Shown here piece by piece: positions 1 to 10,193 of a stretch of DNA of 32,694 bases (position 1 is the stretch's first letter; each line of letters starts with the position of its first letter). Under the pieces are notes generated by a model. The model did not search any database. It was not told the DNA's origin and saw only the letters and a list, made by a program, of their open reading frames with translations. Position numbers and translations under genes: made by a program. This DNA is from Vannella sp. (Eukaryota): NCBI GenBank assembly GCA_023345925.1, contig JAJQQN010000735.1:1-32694 (forward strand). Direction: 5' to 3'.

Positions 1-1
1 C

Positions 2-245
2 GTCAAGTATGACAACTTCTCTGGAGCTGCAGACAATGGCGGTGATCCTTGGACCATCCCAAGGGACCACTTTCATCTGATTATGGAAACACCATTCACT
101 GACCTCAGGTCTGCGCCCCCATTGAACCCTAAACCCTAAACCCTAAACCCTGAGCCTCCTGAATTGCAGCGCTTTACCACTTATCAGATGCATGGTGTCG
201 GCATTGAGGAGCAAGAGAGTCATTTATTTGGCCATTTGCTGGTGA
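2..245 (+). CDS. 3' part of an unidentified gene entering from the left edge (exon 2-108, probable intron 109-169, last exon 170-245)
   Basis: Frame is open from base 2 (VKYDNFSGAADNGGDPWTIPRDHFHLIMETPFTDL). A GT donor at 109 and TTGCAG acceptor at 169 give a spliced end ...SALPLIRCMVSALRSKRVIYLAICW-TGA(243-245). Family not recognised. Confidence 0.4.
125..151. repeat. Interstitial telomere-like tract (CCCTAAA)3 / TTTAGGG type
   Basis: AACCCTAAACCCTAAACCCTAAACCCT read directly from the sequence. Confidence 0.85.
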
Positions 246-2995
246 TGGAGGGGGAAGTTGGGTGGAAGGAGCTTTGGAGGCCTTTTCTGGAAGCTCCTCC
301 CGTTCGATTAGTTGGATTAGAAGCTTTGATCTTCCAAGCAGTGATGATGGATAGCAATGACACCTTGCAAGTGGAGTGTGAGGAGCGGAGGGAGTGGATC
401 ATCACGCGCGGGTTGAAGTTGTTGGCTCATTACTGCAACGATGAGGAGATCCTGCGGTCCATCATGAGTAACCAAATGTGGGAAGGTCTTTTCCATGCTA
501 TTATGCGTCATGCGTCCTGCTCTGTCGCAACCATAAGCCCCGACATCCGCCAAAACTCGCTCCTCGCTCTCTGCTCCTTCTGTGCTCACGAGTGCTTCTT
601 ATCTTGGCTTCTCAGCTACGAAAGAGAAGGAAACAGCATCTCACAAGCCCTTACCTCCATTGCCCTGGAAAGACTGAGTGACCAATCCATCCAAGTGAGT
701 GAGATGGCGGTGGAGTTCGTCGCTCGCTGGATCTGTGCAGCCCCGATTCAGTCCTATGAAGTGTACTCAAGATGGAAGAAAGAAGTGCTAGACGCCTACA
801 AGCTGGGTGATAGTCTGGGCCAGCTGTTGGACTGCACCGCAGAGACTTCTCACCAAATCGTTCTGACCAACTTAGTCATCGAATTGACTTGCCCAGCTGT
901 TCAATCGTCTAGAGAAGAGGCCCAGGGAACCAAAAGAGATCCTTTTGGCCCACCACTAACTCAAATCCGTCACCATTACCGGGGCCGAGCCTTTGTACAT
1001 TCTCATTCTTTGGCCAGAGAAGCTCTCTTGTTTCTGAGCTCTGCCGATAGAATACTTAGATTCAGAGTTGTAGAGATGCTTGAAAGGATAACTTCAGAAC
1101 ACTTTCACTTCCTTCTGTTACCAAAATCCACAGAATCAGAGGAGGCGATCGAGTCTCATTCCCTACAGATTGTGGAGCACCTTTTGACTTCCCAAACCCT
1201 GAAACCGAGTAAAGGAGAGTTCTCTCTGTTTGCCATGTTCGCTCAGATGGCAAGCTCACTTACCTTCACATCTTCTAATGTGCGGGAGGAGATTTTCCTA
1301 CGATTTTGGGCTCCTGCTCTGATACAAGCGCTTGCGACACTCTTTAAGGTCCCGGAAAAGCTGCAAGAATTTGTTCCCATCGAGCACACGAGTAGGAATG
1401 ACCTCCGCAGTATTGTAGCTTTGGTTGCTCAAGTTACCAACACCCTCAGTATTCTACTCACTCGAGGATCTCTCCCAACCATTACTCAAGATAACGTACA
1501 AAAAGTAATGAGTTCTAGTGTCGCCAAGTATTGGAGCGTTGGGGCAGAGGCTTGGTTGGACCACTTTGTTGGCAAAAGTTTCGATCCTCTTCCCATCGTT
1601 CTGGCATTAAGCTCTCATCCCAACCTTTCAGACCAGATTTCGATTTCCCTCCGCACTTTAGAGATCATAGAGTTGCACGTTCGCGACTTATCCGAAGGAA
1701 AGTCTAATTCAGAGCTTCTTCTGGCTCTAACAAGAGAAGAAGCTGCTTTTTCAAATGAAATTGTTGAAAGACTGATTTCTGTGGTAGAAAGACCGTCCAC
1801 ACCTTCCGCTGCGTTGGGAAAGTTGTATGAGCTATTGTATCGACTTTCCACACTCGTTACAAGCCAGCACCACCTCCGTATCATAGTGGAGTCTTTGGAC
1901 CGTTTACTTGGAGAACAAGTCATTCACGAAGTATGGGAGCACGCAGATGGAGCGATTCAGTTCCTCCAAATGGTCTTCAGTGATGACTACAACCCAACAT
2001 TATGCTCCCTTGCTATGGAACGGAAATGGCTGCAAAAGGGACTTCTTGGTATGGAATCCTCCAGTCGATACGTACGCGCTTCAACCGTCAAGCTCCTTGG
2101 GCACCCAAAATGGCTCTCTGCAGACTTCTCCTTGGCTTCATCTTTAACCTTTCATCACATGCTCACCAATGACCTTTTGCCTCTTTCATTTGAATCATTT
2201 GAAAGATCTGCAAAAAGTCATTTGAAAGACCTCCAATGGAAGGAATTGACCTTTCTCCAATTCTTCTTAGCTCTGGCATTTGACGCAGAAGATATTGTAC
2301 GAAGGTAGGAACCCTAACTCTTCTTCAATGAGATCGATTGTCGTCTCAAACCTATCTCTAAGGGAAGTAGCCAACAGTTTGCTTCTGTTTTCTCAGCATT
2401 CCTCTTCAAGAGGTAGCTTGACAGAATGTATCCAATGTAACAAAGAAACCAATTCTCTTTTCGAGTGAGATTTCCCTCTTTAAGCGAAGTTTCAATCTCA
2501 CGCGGCGCTCAGGGCCTCGGTTAGAAATTTGGCTATGGACGATGAAGATTGGGAGGTCAAGCGCACCTGCATCCATTTCCTACAACAGCTGTGGAGAGGG
2601 AATGACGGAGACTCACTTGACCAAATAGTCAACTCTCATCTGCTTGCCGCGGCCTGCAATAGCGGGAATCTCCTTCTATTATGTGTAAGGAGCTTCGATT
2701 TTACCTCTCATTGATTCTAAACCTACGATAGACGGAGGATGTCGACCGCATTCCAAGAAAAGCAGCTTGTGTTGCCCTGAATGAATTGAAAACTTGGTTT
2801 GAACAGCTTCCCACGGCCTCTCGTGAAGTTATGCTCAACACCAACCCTACATCTAGCCGTTTCTTTACTCAAACTGTCCTTCAAGCCGACTTCAAGGCCC
2901 TCGCAGACACCAACAGTCGAGAATCCATTTATCCTGACGAGACCGACTTGCGCCACGCTGCCGATGAGATTGATAACCCCATCGGATGCTACTAA
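245..2995 (+). CDS. BRAT1: BRAT1-like ARM/HEAT-repeat protein (Integrator INTS9/INTS11 assembly factor); introns ~2305-2362, 2465-2524, 2684-2730
   Basis: Helical-repeat protein with BRAT1-like segments PDIRQNSLLALCSFCAH, LSDQSIQVSEMA, SSRYVRAS, DAEDIVRR and DEDWEVK, plus a C-terminal ...NPIGCY-stop resembling the BRAT1 ...DCY end. Start is uncertain (ATG 188 or 245). Confidence 0.75.
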
Positions 2996-3198
2996 AACAT
3001 CACAGGACTATGCTATACTGCAACCTTCATAAACCCCATCGAATGGCAGCAGTCTGAACATTCCCAATTTGGATGCGTGCGGCCGGACCAATCAATCTCC
3101 CCACTGTTCATGATTTGGTCTTGAAACCCCATTTCATCGCATAAGATTAGATTAGATTGGGTTGGGTTGGTTCATTCTTTCTTGTCCACCAGCCGAAC

Positions 3199-4393
3199 AT
3201 GGGCAAACGGAACTCCGTTGCCAAGATTGAAGCGACGAAGGAGAAGGAGAAGGAGCAAGCTTACGCTTGCCCCCCGTACTCGTTGAAGATTGATCGGAGT
3301 ACTCGTCAGGTGATCCTCCGGTGTACTCTTCATCGGATCCCTCCTAAGTTCATTGTGTTTGAGCCTTCTCCTCAGCAGCTGATTGTTCATACGTTGAACT
3401 ACAGCACCAAGTTGTTCCTGAAGTGGGTGCTACTCTGCGTTGTTCGCTTGCAGAGTCTGATCGGGTGCAGAGTGGGTTGGCCTGAAGGAGTCACAGTCGA
3501 CGCTGGTGATCACACAGAAGCTTCTCTGGAGTACGGGATCCTCTCTGCAAGTATGCCCATCACTTCAGTCATTCCTGAGAAGCCAGTCCTCGGAAAGAGG
3601 GCGTCTACTTCTGAGGAGGGAGCGTCAGAGGAGGTTGCTGCCTCCTCTCCGCCAAAGAAGAAGCAGAAAGTGGCCCCAACTACCAACAAAGAGGTTGCTA
3701 AGAAGAAGGAAGTAGTTAAGAGGCCTATCCCAGCCAAGATTCCACCCCAAACTGCTCCAACGAAACCCAAAGCTGCTGCAGAGACTGAGAAAGACAAGGA
3801 AGCTCCCAAGAAGGGCAAGCAAAAGAAGACGTTCATCTCCGTACGTCCTTAGAGCTTATCTCGAGTGCAGATGACTGATACAGGAGGGAGATCAGAAGGA
3901 GAGCGCCCTCGATCTGATCGAGCAAGTCACGGACAAGCGCCAGGAAGTCATCGACCAGAAGCTTTCTAAAGAGAACGCCAAAATGGAATGGCAAGCCGAA
4001 CGAGCACAGGTTAAGGATAAGCGCAAGAGCACCCGCACAGAAAAGAAGAATTCTGAGAAAGACTCCGTCCGGCAGGAGCTCCTGGACCAGAAAGCCAAGC
4101 CAAGAAGCAAGTCTGTACCCACAGTAGCCCCTAGCACCCCAGAGATGGTCCGCCCTGACCCCAACGGTCTCAAATCTATCCTCAAGAAGGAAGGCTTCAA
4201 CGAGAAGAAGCAGAAAGTCTCTTTCTCCCCCAGTCTGGTGGAAGTTCGAGCTATTCCACGCGTCAAGTCTCCTGCGCGACCCTCTTTGTCTTTGAGAGCC
4301 CAACTGGAGCTGCAGTCCCTGCAATCCCTCCAAGCAGTCCCTCGGAAAGCTCACAAGAACTCCAAGAAGAAGCGTCTGCTGGGCCGGAGGTAA
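3199..4393 (+). CDS. Lysine-rich, probably nuclear/nucleolar protein with an N-terminal HSP20/CS-like beta-sandwich and C-terminal SILK/RVxF motifs; introns 3423-3470, 3841-3883
   Basis: ORFs 3157-3852 and 3983-4393 join in frame through GTACGT...CTGATACAG. Pattern LFLKVGWPEGVTV...ASLEYGILSASMPI; NLS-like PPKKKQK. Confidence 0.6.
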
Positions 4394-4446
4394 GGCTTTG
4401 GCCTTGCTCTTGAGTGACATGTGGACTACTAAAGGTGAAGTGATCT

Positions 4447-5240
4447 CTATAAGCTCTCCACCACTGCTTGGCACAAGGGTGGCCGGTGGTCGAGGAGTTG
4501 GGCATTGCTCGTGGGATAGCCAACAGCAAGAAGGGCGAATGGAATGAGAGAGCTCTTGCTTGAGCTAGAGAGGTCTTCATGAAAGAGACGAGCCAAAGGG
4601 TCGTCTTGAGACGGAGGAAGGTGGAGGAAGGTCCACACTCCACAGGATAACAGCGATCTCTGAAGGATTCCGAGCAGCACACCCATTTGGATCTTATGAG
4701 ACTGTTGGCTGATAGCCATTAGAACCACGTAGGGTGCTGAAGAGAAGGCCAGGTTCGTGTCCTCCAGAGGGACGTCGAGGCGTTCAGCATTGTACGAGTC
4801 CTGCAAGGCGTTCTTCCTGGCAGAGTCCGAGATCAGATAGAAGTGGATCTCATCTTCACTAAGCTCTTCCCATCCTGCCACAGCGAGGCGTATGGCGTTC
4901 TCTATGACTGAATGAACCCTTGTCAACTCCTACCTCCTTCCCTCCGTACTCCAAGGCTCTCACCTTCCACAGGGAACGTTTGTTGATGAAACTGAGGTAA
5001 GAACCTCCACGAATGAACGTTGATGAAGTCCATCCGAGAGAGAACCAGCGACGACGATGGAGTCTCTTGCTTGAACTTGACGTAACACCGTCCCGCTCGC
5101 AGCTTCCTCCGATCAGGACGTGATGCCCACGACCTATCGTCCACCAGATGACGACAAACCACCCCCAACAGGCCAACCACCACCAAGGACACCATCGCCG
5201 TTCCTGCCAGCACTCCCAAGGACGACCAAGCCTCCTCCAT
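4447..5240 (-). CDS. Nitroreductase-fold protein, iodotyrosine deiodinase (IYD)-like, with N-terminal membrane anchor and degenerate active site; intron 4908-4963
   Basis: Spliced QTFPVEVIENAIRLA, APYVVL, GILQRSLLSCGV and LLAVGYP...RPPLCQAVV parallel IYD VPMEVIDNVIRTA, APILIL, GILLAALQNAGL and LLPVGYP...RKPLDQIMV. Hydrophobic N-terminal segment present. Confidence 0.65.
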
Positions 5241-5274
5241 CCCTGGAATAAGTCCATTTGTTGGAAGCACGGCG

Positions 5275-6044
5275 ATGTTCATCGTGGCGGAGGTGGAGGA
5301 TGATGTTTGCATCCGTCCGGGCTACTTTGGGAACGAGGAAGAGGCTGTGGACATCGAACTGAGTAAGAAGTACGCAAACAAGGTCATCCGTGAGGTTGGT
5401 TTGATCGTTTCCGTCCTCTCGGTGGACGAGATCGAAGAGGGCTTCGTTTATCCTGGTCAGGGCTCTTGTTACTCGAAGGTACGTTGCAGGAGGACGCGAA
5501 AGATGGAGGAATAACATGATAGAGTGCAGGTGCGGTGCAAGTTGATCTCCTTCTTGCCCTCTGTAGGAGAAATCCTCACCGGGCACGTGCGCGAGGCCAC
5601 GGCCGACTCGATCTCTGGTTGGTAGCGTGCCTGAGGTCTTCTAGCCTTGCATCTCATCCTCACCGTTATAGTGGGACTTGGATTCTTCGACGACATCATC
5701 GTGCCAGCCACAGAACTGCGAGAGCCGTCCATCTTGTGAGTTGTTCACCTTACAGGGGCTACGCAGGGCTCTGATTAGGCTACAGTAACCCAGACAACAA
5801 GATGTGGTATTGGAAATATGAGTCAGAAGGGCAACAGCACGACCTGTACTACACCACAGGCCAACCCATTCGAGTCCGCGTCAAAGCGGTGGAGTTCACG
5901 AAAGACTCCACAGCAGCCACCTACACACCTCCCATGCTCATCCATGTAAGGTCAGACCACACTCAAGCTAACAGACATGCTCACTAAGTGAGCGAACAGG
6001 CATCAGCAGCAGAAGACGGATTGGGGCCACCAAACTGGTGGTAA
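5275..6044 (+). CDS. POLR3H: RNA polymerase III subunit RPC8/Rpc25; introns 5479-5529, 5618-5671, 5736-5785, 5946-5999
   Basis: KKYANKVIREVGL, GEILTGHV, LGFFDDIIVP, WYW and C-terminal EDGLGPPNWW-stop are typical of Rpc25. All introns restore the frame. Confidence 0.93.
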
Positions 6045-6066
6045 GTCTGCTTTATGACCTTTAAAC

Positions 6067-8445
6067 TCAGTTCTTCCCAAAGAGAACCACGGGCACAGTA
6101 ACCAAGAAGGAAGTAGGCCTGTTGAGCATCAAAGGGGTCGAAATAGAGCCCAAAGAGAGCCGTTGGGACAGGGAAGGACGGAGGGTGGCGGCTGTGGCGG
6201 CCTCTGAAGCGAACAAAGGGACTGGACCTTCGCTTATCAAGGTGAATGTGATCACCGAAGCGTCATATCGGATGTCAATCTGGCTGCCACGGTAATCCAG
6301 CGCTCGGAGGGTTATGGCGGTCACATTCGAGGGAAGAACGGGCCCTTCGAAGGAAAGGAAGTCGTCATGAAGACGCATTGTCGGGTATCCGAACATAACG
6401 CTTTGTAAGAAGCCTCCGCATCCAGTAATGAAGTTCACAGCGCCCTTAAGGGAAGAAAGTGAGTAGATGACTTGGAGGAATGTCAATAGAAGAGAACTTA
6501 CTCCTGTGGGAGTCTCTGTCCAGACTTGGAAGGGCTCTTGGGCATTGGCAAAACCTTGGATGAAGTATTTCTGGGCCGTGACGTAGTCTTTGGTGTCAAT
6601 GTAGCCCACAGCAGTCATGGACCAAGTCATTGCTGGGCCAGAAGCATCTGTCAAGGGACTGTAAAAGTCCAAGTCATTGGCACGGATGGTCGAAGTCATA
6701 TTGAACATCAAAGGGAAGCCCAAAAGGATCACATCAGCCTGCTTGATCTCCTCGTCGGTGTACCCATCGTACTCCAAGTGAATCTGCTCTTCTGTGTTGA
6801 AGGGAATCTTCAAATTCTCCATAATCGGGATCCAGCTCTCAGGGAAGGTCTTCCCAAGAATAGTGCTCGCCAGGCGAGTGAATTCGAAGCTCATCATCGC
6901 CACCTAATTCACCATAGCTGTAAGTCACTTTCTTAACTTGAGCCACAGGCAGTTGGAAACGCACCACATTCGTATAAACGCTGTTGTCCACTCCTGTGTG
7001 GTACTCATCAGGAGGAATGACGTCGTCAATGACATAGTCAGAGCCATCCTGTTGGACTGAAAGAGTGTCAGAGGTTGCAATAGAAAGGAAGGTGGGATAG
7101 ACTTACCTCGGCTAGCCCAGAAAGTGCAAATCTGAACGAGAATGGGATAAGACCGTTGGAGCCAGGCAGTGTCATGGGTGTTGTCCCAGAACTGTCGGAA
7201 GGCGAAAGCAATGTCCCCAGTAATATGCTGTTCGTACCGGCCAGTGTCAGCAGATCGAGGGCAAGTTTCCTGACCCGAAAAGGCGTCTTCCCAAGGGAAC
7301 ATGGCTCCTTCATAAGGAGGATTGTACGACTTGGCCTTTCGCTTTGCTCCTTCCAAATGATTCGCACGGTATTGAAGAAGGCTCTTCCCTAGATTGGTAT
7401 CGAGCATCATGATGGGAGGGTACATCCAAGTCTCACAGTCCCAAAAGGCGTGTCCGTTGTAGCCGTTGGACGCCAAAGAACCGGGAGAAAGAGACCAAGG
7501 CCAGTCCGAACGGATGGAAGAGAACATCCAGTACAAGCTGGTGTTCGTAACCTGTTGAAGTCGCAGCGAATCAGCGTCTCCTTCAATCTCAATCCCACTG
7601 TTGGACCATTCCTTCGCCCAAGTGGCCACGTGCGTGTCCATCAAGTCCGAAGCTTCCTTTGTAAAGTGATGATAGAGAGCAACGACAGTCTCAGCAGGGA
7701 ATTTGGTATCATCAGGAAGGTCTGTTGAGAAGACGCTCACAAAGTAGAATGATTTGGTTTGCCCTGCGGGTACTGAGAGACTGCTAGCGCCAGTTTCAGC
7801 ACTGAGGTCTGTTGTACAAACTGCGATGGTGAAGCGGGGGCCTCGAAGAGTCTCTGATTGGATGGTTGAGCCAGCATAGAGAAGAAATCCGTCTTGTTTA
7901 GTCGAGAAGAACCGGACATCAGGGCTGCTGATGTTCTTCAGGCCATTGTTAACCTTGAGTTCCAACGTAGCAACATTCTTGCTGTTGTCCACGTCGATTT
8001 GATGGACCACAAGTGACCTGTTGGCCCGGTGGGCAAACCAAGACTGCTCGACCGAGGCCAAGACGGCTCCTGTAGTAGCCACAACTTCAGAGAACTGAGA
8101 GTATACTGCTCTCTCAACGTCAAGAAGGTATCCAGTGGAAGAGAGCGTCCCAGAACCGTTCAAGGAGAGGACATAGTTCAGGGGCGAGGGGATCACTGCT
8201 CGATGGGACGGTCCCACCGTTAGGAAGCCATTGAACAGACCAGCAACGTAGACTTGCGTTGCTCCAATGAATGAGCTCACGTAACCGTTACCAATAGAAG
8301 GCATCAACGTCCCTTTCGGCAAACTCTCCACAAACAACAGACTTGCCGGGTTCCCTTGTTCCACCCTCTTTGCCGTAGGTGGGTACAAAGAGAGAGCAGG
8401 TACTGCTAAACACAAAAGTAGCAGGGAAGCCACCACCAACCGCAT
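6067..8445 (-). CDS. Secreted/lysosomal glycoside hydrolase family 65 (PGGHG/ATHL1 acid-trehalase-like); about 3 short introns
   Basis: Signal peptide MRLVVASLLLLCLAVPALS; motifs YNGHAFWDCETW, GAMFPWE, EQHITGDI, IKQADVILLGFP, GPAMTWSM, NFITGCGGFLQ. Confidence 0.9.
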
Positions 8446-8586
8446 CCGAGCAACAGAAAGTGAAAGTCCAAGGGCCAATCAGCAAGTTACACGTGTCCTT
8501 CCAGAATGTTCCACGGGCTTCTTGCAATAAAACGAGACTGTTTTCAATTTATTATAATATCAGATTTCTGTAAGGAATTGAGATGA

Positions 8587-10083
8587 TTAGGAGGGAGGGG
8601 ATTGGCGAATTGAAAATCTCTTCCACTGGCACTCAAGAGATCGGAGGATCTTTTGTGAGATGAAGGAAGCAAGTTTTGACATTGTATGGAAGTGAGGAAG
8701 TACCATCCGTTGAGTGAAGGAAGAGAATCGACGGAGTCCAGCGAGGGGGAGGCGCTTTTTCATCAAAAGGAGAACCCAAAGGCACCACAAGAAGAAGATT
8801 GCGCAGCCCCAGTAAACGTGATATCTTCCATTGTCTCGTATACTTGAAAAGCAAAGCCGCAGTGATTGTTCCAAACGTTTCACTCGCAATTCCATCCTGG
8901 AAGAATATTCTTCTAGAGTTTGTGTGATCTGGTTTTGCTCTTCCTGTGCGTTTCGCACTTGTTCGATGTAGTGGGATAGAAGGGCTTGGATCTTTCTATT
9001 TTCTTCTTCCTCTTTGTGTGAAGTAGCTTGGGCGTGCTCGGACCTTCTCGCAATCTCTTCCTTTAAGAGCGATTCCGTCCGTTGGAGGGCCACAGACGTT
9101 GCTGCTGTAGAGATTTGTGTTCTTTGTAGATCCTCGAGTAGGACTTTGACTGCTTCCTCTCTAAAGGAAGCCATTTCTGGAGATAGAAGAGAATTGTCTC
9201 TTCTAAGAGCTTCTGGATTGGGCCCTGGCAGCTCCTCGAGGGTCTCATGAGCATCGAAGAAGTCAGCTTCATCCTCGCTTTCGGAGAAGGGAGACTGAGG
9301 ACGCCACCTGTGGGGAGCAGAGACGGCCCCAATGGCGGTTCTCACACTTTGGTTTAATTGAACAGGAAGTGGGCGCGGAAGCGATTGCGGCATTCCTGGA
9401 GCCCTAGAGACTTGATTTGAAGCATCCCTTGTCTGATTGGGCGTATAAGAGGCCCTTGCGCCTCGCCTGGTGCCACTAAGAACCTCCCGAAGGGTGGAAA
9501 TACGAAGGGGCTGGTACAGGCGGTTCAGTTGAAGATCAGAGGGCCATCCGCTGAACTTCATCTGGGTAATGTAAGTGACCCAGCTTGCATCCTTCCCGTC
9601 TGGCTCGATAATGAAGCCACTCGTCTCGATCTCAGTCCGAACCATCCCCTGCCGTGGGGGGATGCCGCTGTCATCCACAGAGAAGACTACCACAACGAAT
9701 GTGCCACCTTCAAGGACCCTGTACGAGCAGAGGACGCACAGATCAAGAGGAGAGACGATCCGCGCGCTCAACGGCTTGGAGAGGAGAATGTGCGCTAGTT
9801 GAGTGTTCTGACCGTATTGGCGCACCAGAGAAGCTTCCTCCACAAACTTGTCCCACGAGGGACGCCCAGTTACGTCCCAGATCGTGGCAAAGACCTCCTC
9901 TGGGCGCGATTGAATCCGCCCCGCTCCTTTCAGACAACTTCCCGAAGCCCCCACGTGCACCCGCTCACTGATAGTCACATCATACAAACTGGTAACACAC
10001 TTCCAATCCGCAGAGTTGGACATCTCCAGCAACTCTGCAAAGCGCTGGTCCAGAGCCTGCGGCGAGCGACACCTCTTCTCCAT
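8587..10083 (-). CDS. START-domain lipid-transfer protein with FFAT motif, coiled coil and C-terminal transmembrane helix
   Basis: START signatures (RPSWD, VSPLDLCVL, SGFIIEP, VTYITQ); ESEDEADFFDAHE; heptad-rich region; hydrophobic YWGCAIFFLWCLWVLLLM. Confidence 0.85.
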   Translation of the reverse strand: MEKRCRSPQALDQRFAELLEMSNSADWKCVTSLYDVTISERVHVGASGSCLKGAGRIQSRPEEVFATIWDVTGRPSWDKFVEEASLVRQYGQNTQLAHILLSKPLSARIVSPLDLCVLCSYRVLEGGTFVVVVFSVDDSGIPPRQGMVRTEIETSGFIIEPDGKDASWVTYITQMKFSGWPSDLQLNRLYQPLRISTLREVLSGTRRGARASYTPNQTRDASNQVSRAPGMPQSLPRPLPVQLNQSVRTAIGAVSAPHRWRPQSPFSESEDEADFFDAHETLEELPGPNPEALRRDNSLLSPEMASFREEAVKVLLEDLQRTQISTAATSVALQRTESLLKEEIARRSEHAQATSHKEEEENRKIQALLSHYIEQVRNAQEEQNQITQTLEEYSSRMELRVKRLEQSLRLCFSSIRDNGRYHVYWGCAIFFLWCLWVLLLMKKRLPLAGLRRFSSFTQRMVLPHFHTMSKLASFISQKILRSLECQWKRFSIRQSPPS

Positions 10084-10193
10084 CGAAGGCCAAGAATGAA
10101 GATTTCCTTCTCCTTAGGAGCCCAAAGGAAGGCTCTGTGATGTCAAAGATATTTATCGAAACTGGCTGGCTTACAAAGGAGGAGAGGAAGCGT

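Noticed and set aside
3423..3470. Several stop-free introns of length 3n (also in the GH65, MKC kinase, RFT1 and IRE kinase genes) that look like protein insertions in the ORF track
   Set aside because: They have ordinary GT-AG ends and interrupt conserved motifs. Their number seems compatible with chance for ~50-nt introns.
3510..4474. Long antisense ORFs opposite the lysine-rich gene, and similar shadow ORFs elsewhere
   Set aside because: They are mirror frames of biased coding sequence with no recognisable motifs.
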